Shown here: positions 1 through 8,690 of the stretch, piece by piece
Numbering within the stretch: position 1 is the first letter of the stretch
How the letters are laid out: the number at the start of each line of letters is the position of its first letter
Assembly: GCA_023254985.1 (NCBI GenBank)
Contig: JALRJT010000015.1
Location: 1 to 28,155, forward strand
DNA from: Ilumatobacteraceae bacterium
GTDB taxonomy: Bacteria; Actinomycetota; Acidimicrobiia; Acidimicrobiales; Ilumatobacteraceae
Direction: 5' to 3'
Length of the DNA: 28,155 nt
The notes under the pieces: generated by a model
The model's database searches: none
What the model saw: only the letters and a program-made list of their open reading frames with translations
Told to the model about the DNA's origin: nothing
Position numbers and translations under genes: made by a program

Positions 1-123
1 GCGGACAACGCGGGACATCCCGGACACATTTTCAATCTCGGACATGGTGTCCAACCTGATGCGAATCCTGGTGCGCTTGCCGCGGTCGTCAAGCACGTCC
101 ATGCCGTGACGGGAGCACGATAA
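1..123 (+). CDS. hemE: Uroporphyrinogen decarboxylase, C-terminal fragment (5'-truncated by window)
   Basis: Frame 1 reads [49 protein letters not shown] is the HemE C-terminal signature. Stop is 2 nt before hemH. Confidence 0.92.
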   Translation, partial: ADNAGHPGHIFNLGHGVQPDANPGALAAVVKHVHAVTGAR

Positions 124-125
124 CC

Positions 126-1040
126 ATGGCCAAGATCGGCGTCCTCTTGATGGCGTACGGCACGCCGCGCAGCCAGGAAGAAATCCTCCCCTATTACACG
201 GACATTCGTCGTGGCCGTGCACCGACTCCCGAGCTCCTCGCAGAGTTGACCGCGAGATACGACGCAATTGGTGGAATCTCTCCGCTTGCTCAGCGCACTG
301 AGTCACAGCGAGACGAGCTGCAACGCCAACTCGATGCGATTGAGCCCAATCGGTATTCGGTGCGCCTCGGCTTGAAACACGCACACCCGATGATCGAAGA
401 AGCCGTCGCGGATTTTGCTCGAGATGGATTCACCTATCTCGTCGCCCTCGTACTTGCACCCCACTATTCCTCGTATTCGATCGGGCAATACGTGGGGCGG
501 GCTCGCGAAGCCGCCACTCCACACGGAATCACCGTGAGCGGCATCGACTCATGGGCCACTGAACCAGCATTCGTCGACTTCCTTGCACGTGACATGAAAG
601 CAAGGCTCGACTCGATGCCGAGCGACACCCGCGTACTCTTCACTGCGCACTCACTACCGCAGCGCATCATCGATGGTGGCGATCCATACCCGAATGAATT
701 GCGCGCAACAGCCGAGGCTGTGGCCGCACGGGTTGGTCTGCGCGAAGGAGATCAATGGTCGATCGCGTGGCAGTCGGCTGGCCGAACGCCCGAGCCATGG
801 ATCGGTCCCGACATCCTCGCAGTCATCGACGAGTGCGCAGACGCACGGACGACATCGGCCGTTCTCGTCAGTGCGTGCGGCTTCGTCGCCGACCATCTCG
901 AAGTGCTCTACGACCTCGATATCGAAGCCAAGGCGCATGCTGCACAGCGCGGTCTCGCCTTCGACCGCACTGCATGCGTCAACGACGACACCGAGGTCTT
1001 GCGAGCGCTCGCCCGTCGCGTGACCGCTGCGCACGCATGA
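126..1040 (+). CDS. hemH: Ferrochelatase (coproporphyrin ferrochelatase, HemH/CpfC)
   Basis: GVLLMAYGTP, LAPHYS, FTAHSLP, WQSAGRTPEPWIGPD and GFVADHLEVLYDLD motifs. GGAG upstream of ATG. Confidence 0.95.
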   Translation: MAKIGVLLMAYGTPRSQEEILPYYTDIRRGRAPTPELLAELTARYDAIGGISPLAQRTESQRDELQRQLDAIEPNRYSVRLGLKHAHPMIEEAVADFARDGFTYLVALVLAPHYSSYSIGQYVGRAREAATPHGITVSGIDSWATEPAFVDFLARDMKARLDSMPSDTRVLFTAHSLPQRIIDGGDPYPNELRATAEAVAARVGLREGDQWSIAWQSAGRTPEPWIGPDILAVIDECADARTTSAVLVSACGFVADHLEVLYDLDIEAKAHAAQRGLAFDRTACVNDDTEVLRALARRVTAAHA

Positions 1041-2437
1041 CTGCCGATTCCAATCACAAGTCCCATGTCGTCATCATTGGTGGCGGTATCACTGGCCTCG
1101 CTGCTGCGGTTGAGCTGGTCACCTCAAAACCTGGCGTTTCCATCACGATCCTCGAACGTAACGACCGCGTTGGGGGCGTGATCCAGGCTTCACCGTTTGC
1201 GGGACTCCCCTCAGTGGATGAGTCCGCCGATGCGTTTCTCCTTCGTTCACCCGCGGCACTCGAGCTCGCCAAGCTCGTTGGACTCGGCGATGATCTGGTC
1301 CATCCCTCCACTGGTGAGGCATACATCTGGCACGACGAACTCCAAGAAATTCCCGCCCACACCGTCCTCGGCGTTCCGGCATCGTTGCGATCGATCTGGT
1401 CAACCCCGATCTATTCACCGCGCGGAAAATTGCGCGCGTCGATCGAGCCGCTGTTGCCTCGGAGTCGAGGGCGGTCGAGTTCCTCGCTTGGTGAGGCGAT
1501 TCGTGCTCGATGCGGCGACGAAGTTCTCGAACGCGTCGTCGATCCGCTGGTTGGAGGGATTTATGCCACCGACACCGACGCGTTCAGCGTGCACAGCATG
1601 CCTCAACTCGACGAGCTCATCGCTGGTCGCGGCAGTTTGATGGCGGGGGCCCGCCACATGTTGTCGACACGCCACGATGCAGGACCGGTCTTTGGCGCTC
1701 CTCGCGGGGGAATGTCCTCGCTCGTCACCGCAACCGCCGACTTCGTTCGCTCTCGAGGTGCGACAATCCGACTCAACGCTCCCGTGAACGACATCCGACG
1801 GAATGATTCGGCTCAATACGTCGTCGTTGGAGCACACGGCGAACTCGTCGCCGACTCGGTGATCGTCGCAACTCCTGCCAAGCACTCCGCGCCATTCCTA
1901 CGCACGCTCAGTGTCGAGGCAAGTGAGATGCTTGCTTCGCGCGAGCACGCGAGCATCGTGATGGTGACGCTTGCGGTCCCGCGACAACAGTGGCCCGAGT
2001 GGCTGACTGGAAGTGGATACCTCGTCACGAAGCCAAAGCAGACTGCGATCACCGCAGCATCGTTCGCATCGAACAAGTGGGCACACCTTCGCGGTGATGA
2101 CGACGCCATGATCCTGCGGGTGTCTCTCGGTCGGGATGGGATGCCGATGCACCATCACGACGACGAAACGCTCGTTCGACTCGCACTGGCCGATCTCAAT
2201 TGGCACCTTGACTGCGACCTTGAGCCACATGCGCAACGCGTGACGAGATGGGTCGAATCGTTCCCGCAATACCGACCGGAACATGAAACGAACGTCGCGC
2301 GACTCGACTCTCTTATCCTGCGCGATGCTCCCGGAGTCATCCTCGCCGGAGCGAGTTACCGCGGAATCGGAATCCCGGCATGCATTGCCGATGGTCGACG
2401 CGCTGCGCGACTCATCGCGGACCGTGTGACGTCGTGA
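1037..2437 (+). CDS. hemY: HemY-type protoporphyrinogen/coproporphyrinogen III oxidase (CgoX)
   Basis: Start placed at ATG 1037 (ATGA overlap with hemH stop), not 755. VVIIGGGITGLAAA FAD motif, DPLVGGIYA, GSGYLV, ASNKW, LRVSLGR and C-terminal GASYRGIGIPACI. Confidence 0.93.
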   Translation: MTADSNHKSHVVIIGGGITGLAAAVELVTSKPGVSITILERNDRVGGVIQASPFAGLPSVDESADAFLLRSPAALELAKLVGLGDDLVHPSTGEAYIWHDELQEIPAHTVLGVPASLRSIWSTPIYSPRGKLRASIEPLLPRSRGRSSSSLGEAIRARCGDEVLERVVDPLVGGIYATDTDAFSVHSMPQLDELIAGRGSLMAGARHMLSTRHDAGPVFGAPRGGMSSLVTATADFVRSRGATIRLNAPVNDIRRNDSAQYVVVGAHGELVADSVIVATPAKHSAPFLRTLSVEASEMLASREHASIVMVTLAVPRQQWPEWLTGSGYLVTKPKQTAITAASFASNKWAHLRGDDDAMILRVSLGRDGMPMHHHDDETLVRLALADLNWHLDCDLEPHAQRVTRWVESFPQYRPEHETNVARLDSLILRDAPGVILAGASYRGIGIPACIADGRRAARLIADRVTS

Positions 2438-3891
2438 AGCGCAACGACCTCCCGACGCTTGCTGCAGCGAGCCTCACAGGGGCGCTCGTCGCGTTCGCGC
2501 TTCCCCCATGGGGATGGTGGCCACTCGCACTCATCGGAGTTGCGTTGTTCGTTCGCATCATGACGACGTCGGTTTCCTCTTCACCACGCGCTCGATTTGC
2601 GCTTGGTTTCGTCTTCGCCGCGTCGTGGTTTGCTCCTGGCATGGGCTGGATGTGGTTCCTCACCGCCCCTGGATACATCATCGCCGTCGTCCTCTTCTCC
2701 GCGTTCCACGGCTTCGCATCAATCGTCGGCACACGCGCACGGTTTCCAATCGTCGGTCTTGTCCTTGCTCACACGCTCGCCGAGACCTTACGCATGTCGT
2801 TCCCCTTTGGCGGAGTTCCACTCGCGTCATTGGCGATCGCAACTGCGTCGTCACCACTTGCGGAGCTCAGTCGTTTGAGTGGACCACTGTTCGTCACACT
2901 CGTCGTTTGGATCCTCGGCGCGATGATTGCGACGTCGACACGTGCGACATGGGCGCGCAATGTCGTCGCTGGACTGTCACTGGTTGCTGCGCTCCTCGTC
3001 ATCACACACGTCGGCCCGCACGCACACAACCTTGACATCTCCAAGCGAATTGCTGCCGTCCAGGGTGGTGGCCCTCAGGGAACGCTCGCGATCAATACGA
3101 ACCCACGCGACGTTGTCGAACGTCATCTTGCGGCCACGAAATCCATCGACGACAGCAGCCTTGACATGGTGATCTGGCCAGAGAACGTGATTGACGTTGA
3201 CGACTTCTATTCGAGCGTCGAGCGGGAAGAGATCGCCGCCGAAGCAAGTCGGCTCTCGGCACCGTTCGTCGTCGGCATCACCGAAGACGTCGATCGTCGA
3301 TACTTCACCAACGCTCAAGTCGTCGTCAATGTGGACGGAACACTCGCAGATCGTTACGACAAAGTGCGCAGGGTTCCGTTCGGTGAATTCGTTCCGCTGA
3401 GGGGATTGCTCGAGTCGCTGGGTGCGCCCGTGGACAGGATCCCTCGTGATGCCCAGGCTGGCGACACGCCAGCATCACTTCGCGTCGGCGACACGACTGC
3501 CGGAGTCGTCATCAGCTGGGAAGTGTTCTTCTCCGGACGCGCCAACGAAGGAGTCGAGCGCGACGCGACGTTCATCATCAATCCAACGAACGGGTCGAGT
3601 TACATGGGGACCATCCTGCAAACGCAACAGATCGCATCTTCTCGCTTGCGAGCGATCGAACAAGACCGATGGCTCGTGCAGGTTTCACCAACTGGATTCT
3701 CGGCATTCATCGAACCTGACGGCACGGTCCACGACCGCACAGGGGTCAGCGAGCAGCGTGTGATCGTGCGGGACGTCCCGCTCCGAACCGGACGGACGCT
3801 CTACTCACGTCTCGGCGACCTCCCACTCATCATCGGTATCGTTGCCGTGCTTCTTGCTCTGCTCTATTCGTCACGCAGGTCGCGCGCGTGA
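2434..3891 (+). CDS. lnt: Apolipoprotein N-acyltransferase (nucleophile position is Ser rather than Cys)
   Basis: GTG 2434 in GTGA overlap with hemY stop. Multiple TM segments, FPFGGVP, WPEN (Glu), YDKVRRVPFGE (Lys), ISWEVFF (ICYE-equivalent) and SSRLRAIE motifs. Confidence 0.9.
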   Translation: MKRNDLPTLAAASLTGALVAFALPPWGWWPLALIGVALFVRIMTTSVSSSPRARFALGFVFAASWFAPGMGWMWFLTAPGYIIAVVLFSAFHGFASIVGTRARFPIVGLVLAHTLAETLRMSFPFGGVPLASLAIATASSPLAELSRLSGPLFVTLVVWILGAMIATSTRATWARNVVAGLSLVAALLVITHVGPHAHNLDISKRIAAVQGGGPQGTLAINTNPRDVVERHLAATKSIDDSSLDMVIWPENVIDVDDFYSSVEREEIAAEASRLSAPFVVGITEDVDRRYFTNAQVVVNVDGTLADRYDKVRRVPFGEFVPLRGLLESLGAPVDRIPRDAQAGDTPASLRVGDTTAGVVISWEVFFSGRANEGVERDATFIINPTNGSSYMGTILQTQQIASSRLRAIEQDRWLVQVSPTGFSAFIEPDGTVHDRTGVSEQRVIVRDVPLRTGRTLYSRLGDLPLIIGIVAVLLALLYSSRRSRA

Positions 3892-4673
3892 CGATCACCA
3901 TCGCCAATGACGTCATCGCCCTGAGCGTCGAACCCTCTGCGGGCGGACGAATTTCGTCGTTGTTGATCGCGGGTCGAGAGCGACTCGTCGTCGATCGATC
4001 TCGTGGACCGATCGGTTGGGGTTGCTACGTGATGACTCCGTGGGCTGGCCGTATGCGACATGGCGAGCTCACGTTTAATGGATCGAACTACCACGTTCCG
4101 TGTGACTTGCCACCCCACGCAATTCATGGCACGGCCTATGAGGCGTCGTGGGTAGTCGAGGAAGTTACTTCGACCTCTCTCGTGCTCAGCTACCCGATCG
4201 GTTCGCCATGGCCATTCACAGGAAACGTACGCCACGAGATCTCACTCGATCACGACACGATCGGACTCACCCTCGAATTACACGCAGCAGACACCATGCC
4301 CGCACAAGTTGGATGGCATCCATGGTTCGTACGACCTGCACACGTCGAACATTCGTTCCGCGCGATGTACGTGAGAGGGAGCGATGGAATTCCGACGGGA
4401 GAACTCATCGAGCCCACTCGTGGTCCACACGATGACTGCTTCGTTGATGCACTCACGACGCCACAAGTCATCTTCGACGATGGAGTGTCGCTCGAATTAC
4501 ACAGTGATTGCTCCCACTGGGTGGTGTACGACGAACAGACACATGGACTGTGTATCGAACCGCAATCGGGGCCGCCGAATGGTGTCAACGATTCTCCGGA
4601 GATCGTGATGGCCCAGTCGTCACTTCTTCGCACCTTCGACCTGACGTGTGTTGGTTATCCACAGATAGGCTGA
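3888..4673 (+). CDS. Aldose 1-epimerase (galactose mutarotase-like) family protein
   Basis: GTGA overlap with lnt. GGRISSL, PWAGR, AIHG, GWHPWF and CIEPQSGPPN motifs, with the His/His/Glu mutarotase residues present. Confidence 0.85.
   Translation: MTITIANDVIALSVEPSAGGRISSLLIAGRERLVVDRSRGPIGWGCYVMTPWAGRMRHGELTFNGSNYHVPCDLPPHAIHGTAYEASWVVEEVTSTSLVLSYPIGSPWPFTGNVRHEISLDHDTIGLTLELHAADTMPAQVGWHPWFVRPAHVEHSFRAMYVRGSDGIPTGELIEPTRGPHDDCFVDALTTPQVIFDDGVSLELHSDCSHWVVYDEQTHGLCIEPQSGPPNGVNDSPEIVMAQSSLLRTFDLTCVGYPQIG
4666..4671 (+). promoter_or_regulatory. Putative -10 element (TAGGCT) for the glycosyltransferase operon
   Basis: TANNNT hexamer 9 nt before ATG 4681, no SD visible. Same hexamer type as before several other genes in the window. 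Confidence 0.4.
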
Positions 4674-4680
4674 CTTTCTT

Positions 4681-5970
4681 ATGCGGCCTCCGCTTGACCC
4701 CAACGGGCCGCTGCGTATCGCCTACCTGACATACCGAGGCAAGCCACACGTCGGCGGGCAGGGTGTGTACACCCGTCACCTCACCAAGGCCCTCGTCGAT
4801 CTTGGGCACCACGTCGAGGTCTACGCCGGTCAGCCTTACCCGATCCTTGACCCGCGCATCCCCCTGCACAAGTTGCCGAGTCTCGACATCTTCAACGACC
4901 TCTATCCAGGTCGCTTTCCTGCCTACTGGGAGATCAAGTCGTGGCCTGATGCAGTCGAAGTGTTGCAGTTCCTGAAGGGAACCTTTGGTGAGCCTCGTGC
5001 GTTCAGCATCCGCGCTCACCGAGCACTCGCCGCACGGGTCAACGACTTCGACCTCGTGCACGACAATCAATGCCTCGGATACGGGATTCAAGACATTGAA
5101 AAGTTGTTCCCCACGATCGTCACACTGCATCACCCAATTACCAAGGACCGCAAGCTCGAGATGGACCATGCCCCGAACTTCTGGAAGCGCAGGGCAATCG
5201 GTCGCTGGTACTCGTTCGTCAACATGCAGGGCAAGGTTGCCTCGAGCATGCCGCGCGTCGTCGTCGTGAGCGAGAACTCGATCAACGACATCCACGAGGA
5301 CATGAAGGTGTCGATGGATCGCATGCGACTGGTTCCGGTGGGGGTCGATCCGGATTTGTTCACCCCCAAGCCACACATTGCACGCAAGCCAGGGCACCTC
5401 ATCACGACCGCATCTGCCGATGTCGCACTGAAGGGTTTGTCATACCTCCTCGAAGCACTTGCCAAGTTGCGCACGGAGCGCGACGTCCACCTCACGATCA
5501 TCGGCAAGCCACGCGAAGGCGCGAGTATGGATCTGATTAGGTCACTCGGTCTCCTCGACTGCATTTCTTTCGTCTCGGGAGTCACCGACGAACGCATCGT
5601 CGAGCTGTATGCAGAGAGCGAGTTGGCCGTCGTGCCAAGTCTCTACGAAGGCTTCAGCCTCCCTGCGATCGAAGCAATGTCGACTGGTGTCTGCCTCGTC
5701 GCGACGACTGGTGGCGCACTGCCCGAGGTCACCGGGCGTGACGGTGACACGGTGTTGTCGTGCCCAACTGGAGACGCCGATGCGCTCGCCGCAGCCATTC
5801 GTCGAGGACTCGACGACGAAGAATTGCGCACTCGTGTCGGACAGGCGGGACGCCAACGTGTCGTCGAGCGCTGGAGTTGGCGCCACTGCGCCTCGCTCAC
5901 GGTCGATCAATACCGCGAAGTCCTCGCCATGCCCCACAATGTCGCCAAGTTGGCGCGCCGAAGGGGCTGA
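4681..5970 (+). CDS. manT: GT4 glycosyltransferase, ManT-like (MMP alpha-1,4-mannosyltransferase homologue)
   Basis: GGQGVYTRHL, GQPYP, VHDNQCLG, HHPIT, SADVALKG and PSLYEGFSLPAIE (EX7E) match my recollection of mycobacterial ManT. GT4 family is secure; donor specificity is inferred. Confidence 0.75.
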   Translation: MRPPLDPNGPLRIAYLTYRGKPHVGGQGVYTRHLTKALVDLGHHVEVYAGQPYPILDPRIPLHKLPSLDIFNDLYPGRFPAYWEIKSWPDAVEVLQFLKGTFGEPRAFSIRAHRALAARVNDFDLVHDNQCLGYGIQDIEKLFPTIVTLHHPITKDRKLEMDHAPNFWKRRAIGRWYSFVNMQGKVASSMPRVVVVSENSINDIHEDMKVSMDRMRLVPVGVDPDLFTPKPHIARKPGHLITTASADVALKGLSYLLEALAKLRTERDVHLTIIGKPREGASMDLIRSLGLLDCISFVSGVTDERIVELYAESELAVVPSLYEGFSLPAIEAMSTGVCLVATTGGALPEVTGRDGDTVLSCPTGDADALAAAIRRGLDDEELRTRVGQAGRQRVVERWSWRHCASLTVDQYREVLAMPHNVAKLARRRG

Positions 5971-5975
5971 TTTTC

Positions 5976-6710
5976 GTGCTGACGATTCGCTTCGACCAAC
6001 TTCGCCTGCGCAAGGGCGACCGAGTTCTCGATGCTGGTGCGGGCTTCGGGCGTCACGCGTTCGAGGCCGCGCGCCGTGGCGCCAAGGTGGTCGCCCTCGA
6101 CTACGCAGCAGACGAAGTCGTCTCCACGAGAGCAACCTTTGCGGCAATGTTCGAAGCGGGTGAGATTGAAGCGGAAAACTTGACGGGCGTCATGCGTGGC
6201 GATGCGACAAAGTTGCCCTTCCCCGACAACACGTTCGACGCGATCGTTACCTCTGAGGTGCTCGAACACATTCAAGACGACGTTCGTGCAATTGGCGAGT
6301 TCGCTCGTGTGCTCAAGCCAGGTGGAGTACTTGCTGCGACGGTTCCATCGTGGTTCCCGGAGAAGATCAACTGGATGCTGTCGGATGAGTACCACGCGCC
6401 ATTCGTACCTGGTGGGCATGTTCGTATCTACAGTTCGACTGAACTGAAGGCCAAGGTGCGGGCGAGCGGACTGACTATCCGAGCAGAGCACCGTGCTCAC
6501 GGACTGCACTCGCCGTATTGGTGGTTGCGGTGTGCGGTCGGCCCGGCACGTGAAGACAACCGGTTCGTAAACGCCTACAAGCGCTTTCTTGAATGGGACA
6601 TCATCGCTGCGCCGCGACTGACTCGAACCTTGGAGCGCATCCTCGCTCCCGTCCTTGGCAAGAGTTACATCGTGTACGCAACGAAACCATCTAGAGGATC
6701 GACGCAATGA
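5976..6710 (+). CDS. Class I SAM-dependent methyltransferase (candidate sugar 3-O-methyltransferase of an MMP-like cluster)
   Basis: GTG 5976 gives VLTIRFDQLRLRKGDRVLDAGAGFGRHA (SAM motif I). Also DATKLPFPDNTFD, SEVLEHI and GGHVRIY. Lies between the GT4 and hydrolase genes. Confidence 0.85.
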   Translation: MLTIRFDQLRLRKGDRVLDAGAGFGRHAFEAARRGAKVVALDYAADEVVSTRATFAAMFEAGEIEAENLTGVMRGDATKLPFPDNTFDAIVTSEVLEHIQDDVRAIGEFARVLKPGGVLAATVPSWFPEKINWMLSDEYHAPFVPGGHVRIYSSTELKAKVRASGLTIRAEHRAHGLHSPYWWLRCAVGPAREDNRFVNAYKRFLEWDIIAAPRLTRTLERILAPVLGKSYIVYATKPSRGSTQ

Positions 6711-7747
6711 CGATGCTCGGACTCCAGAACGATCGCCTTGAGGCCATCATCACGCACGATGAGTTGATGGCAACGGCGCGCTCAATTGCGTCACTGCAGT
6801 TGCCAAACGGCATGATCCCCTGGTTCGAAGGTGGTCATTGTGACCCGTGGAATCACGTCGAAACGGCGATGGCTCTCGACGTCATGGGCTTCCACAACGA
6901 GGCGCAGCGTGCATATCGCTGGCTCTCGCTCGCCCAGCGCAATGACGGCAGTTGGCACAACTATTACCTCCCCGACGACAGCCTTGAAGACGCCAAGCTC
7001 GACACCAACGTGTGTGCATACGTCGCCACTGGTGTCTGGCACCACTGGCTGTGCACCGACGATCTCGGATTCGTCGCCCTGATGTGGCCAACGGTGAAGC
7101 GTGCGCTCACGTGGGTCCTCGAGATGCGCAAGCCGGACGGGACGATCCTGTGGGCACGGGAAGTTGACAGCAAGCCCTGGGACTATGCGTTGTTGACCGG
7201 ATCGTCCTCGATTCGTCACGCTCTGCACTGTGGAGCGAACTTGGGTGCACTCCTCGGCGAGCATCAGCCCGCCTGGCGTACCGCTGCCGATGCGATCGAC
7301 ATCGCGATCAACACCAACCAAGGTGCCTTCGAGCCGAAAGACCGTTGGGCGATGGACTGGTACTACCCCGTCCTCACTGGTGCAACGACAGGAGTAGACG
7401 CCAAGGAGCGTCTGCGCTCCAAGTGGGACGAGTTCGTCATTGAGGGTCGAGGAGTTCGATGCGTCAACGACGAAGACTGGGTGACGGCTGCCGAAACCGC
7501 CGAGTGTTCTCTCGCCCACGCGGCTGCAGGCGACATCGAGCGCGCCAAAGAACTCCTGCTCTGGACACGCGCGCACCGCACGGAAAGCGGCGCATATTCG
7601 ACCGGGATCGTCTACCCGAACCGGATCGTGTTCCCCGCCGACGAGTGCAGCGCATACACCGGAGCGGCAATCATCTTGGCTGCTGACGCTATCGCCAACG
7701 CGACTCCGGCAAGCGCGATCTTCCTCGACTCAGCCGTCATCGACTAA
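6707..7747 (+). CDS. mmpH: (alpha/alpha)-barrel protein of the type often annotated prenyltransferase-like; probable MmpH-like glycoside hydrolase
   Basis: ATGA overlap with the methyltransferase. QLPNGMIPWFEGGHCDPWNHVETAMAL, LLTGSSS, MDWYYPVL, PWVT-like DWVTAAETAE and YTGAAIILAADA motifs, plus cluster context. No DDxD or polyprenyl DDxxD motif. Confidence 0.65.
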   Translation: MTMLGLQNDRLEAIITHDELMATARSIASLQLPNGMIPWFEGGHCDPWNHVETAMALDVMGFHNEAQRAYRWLSLAQRNDGSWHNYYLPDDSLEDAKLDTNVCAYVATGVWHHWLCTDDLGFVALMWPTVKRALTWVLEMRKPDGTILWAREVDSKPWDYALLTGSSSIRHALHCGANLGALLGEHQPAWRTAADAIDIAINTNQGAFEPKDRWAMDWYYPVLTGATTGVDAKERLRSKWDEFVIEGRGVRCVNDEDWVTAAETAECSLAHAAAGDIERAKELLLWTRAHRTESGAYSTGIVYPNRIVFPADECSAYTGAAIILAADAIANATPASAIFLDSAVID

Positions 7748-7752
7748 GCGAC

Positions 7753-8046
7753 ATGCGTTACGTTCCGCTTGAAGACGAGGCGGCTCGCGCGATGCCTGAG
7801 CTCGCATCGTGGACGGTTGCCGAAAAGACGATCTCGCGTGAGTTCAGGCTGCGAAATTTTGCCGTCATCGCCGACTTCATTCGCGATGTGATCGAGGCGT
7901 CAGAGCGACTCAATCATCACCCCGAGCTCGACATTCGCTATCCGAATGCAGTACTCGTTCGAATGAGCACCCATGTGGTTGGTGGACTCTCGAACGCGGA
8001 TGTCACTCTTGCGACCGAAATCGAATCGATTGCGCAGCGCTACTAG
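7753..8046 (+). CDS. phhB: Pterin-4-alpha-carbinolamine dehydratase family protein
   Basis: W..ISREF..RNF, ERLNHHPELDIRY, STHVVGGLSNAD..LA signature; 97 aa. Confidence 0.85.
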   Translation: MRYVPLEDEAARAMPELASWTVAEKTISREFRLRNFAVIADFIRDVIEASERLNHHPELDIRYPNAVLVRMSTHVVGGLSNADVTLATEIESIAQRY

Positions 8047-8054
8047 TCGAGCAG

Positions 8055-8690
8055 TTACGCGACTCGTTGCAGGACGCGCAACGAACCGGTAATCGAAATC
8101 TCGCGAAACTTTCCTGACTCAAGCGCGGGGAGATAGATCTCCTCATACGGGGCGAGTCCCCCATCTGCGGGATCCGTGAACACGTCATGGATGGCAAAAA
8201 TTCCGTCATGTGCGACGTGTTCGTGCCAGGCGGCGAAGTCTGCACGAGCGATCTCGCGACCATGCCCGCCGTCGATGAACAGAAACGAGATCTTCGATGC
8301 CCACGATGCGCCAAGTGACGCCGAATCGCCGACAACAGCACGCACTGTGTCGGTGAGCCCCGCGCGCGTCATCGTGTCGTTGAAGAACGGCAACGTATTG
8401 ATTCGACCCGTCGATGGATCCACCACGGTGTCATCGAACCACTCCCAGCCGGGTTGGTTCTCCTCCGAACCCCCATGGTGATCAACGGCATACAACGTGA
8501 CTCCGCACGACCGAGCTGCCGCCCCAACCCACACAGTGCTTCGGCCGCAATACGACCCGACCTCTACCATGTCGAGCGACGGAACGTTTCTTCCTGCGAG
8601 CATCGCCGCATCGAACAGGGCATCGCCCTCGTCTGACGGCATGAAACCTTTGGTTGCGAGGGCGACCTCGCGAAGCCCTGGGTCGATCAT
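8055..8690 (-). CDS. meT1: MeT1-like O-methyltransferase (Methyltransf_24 type; MMP 1-O-methyltransferase homologue)
   Basis: ATG 8690 overlaps the GH1 stop (ATGA). GFMPSDEG, EVGSYCGRST, DHHGGSEENQPGWE, FLFIDGGH and HDVFTDPADGG.AP match mycobacterial MeT1 as recalled. Confidence 0.75.
   Translation of the reverse strand: MIDPGLREVALATKGFMPSDEGDALFDAAMLAGRNVPSLDMVEVGSYCGRSTVWVGAAARSCGVTLYAVDHHGGSEENQPGWEWFDDTVVDPSTGRINTLPFFNDTMTRAGLTDTVRAVVGDSASLGASWASKISFLFIDGGHGREIARADFAAWHEHVAHDGIFAIHDVFTDPADGGLAPYEEIYLPALESGKFREISITGSLRVLQRVA

Noticed and set aside
755-1036. 5' extension of the hemY ORF, and similar extensions at 2380, 5760, 8825, 10021, 12056, 12718, 13296, 19500, 19749, 19903, 22849 and 24496
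   Set aside because: They overlap neighbouring genes, lack family homology, and better starts exist with ATGA/GTGA coupling, an SD or a leaderless -10.
4585-5397. Long antisense or alternate-frame ORFs (e.g. 4585-5397, 5907-6707, 6791-7576, 14838-15635, 17230-17919, 24036-24767, 26935-27645)
   Set aside because: Shadow ORFs expected in GC-rich coding DNA opposite well-supported genes; no recognisable motifs.
4681-5970. Selenosugar/thiosugar (SenB-like) or mycothiol (MshA) glycosyltransferase
   Set aside because: No selD/senA or msh genes nearby, and the motifs match the ManT-like subfamily better.
6707-7747. Interpretation as a prenyltransferase or squalene-hopene cyclase (terpenoid cluster)
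   Set aside because: Only 346 aa with no DXDD/DDXXD motifs and a single QW-like repeat. Context with GT4 and two sugar-type methyltransferases favours a glycoside hydrolase.
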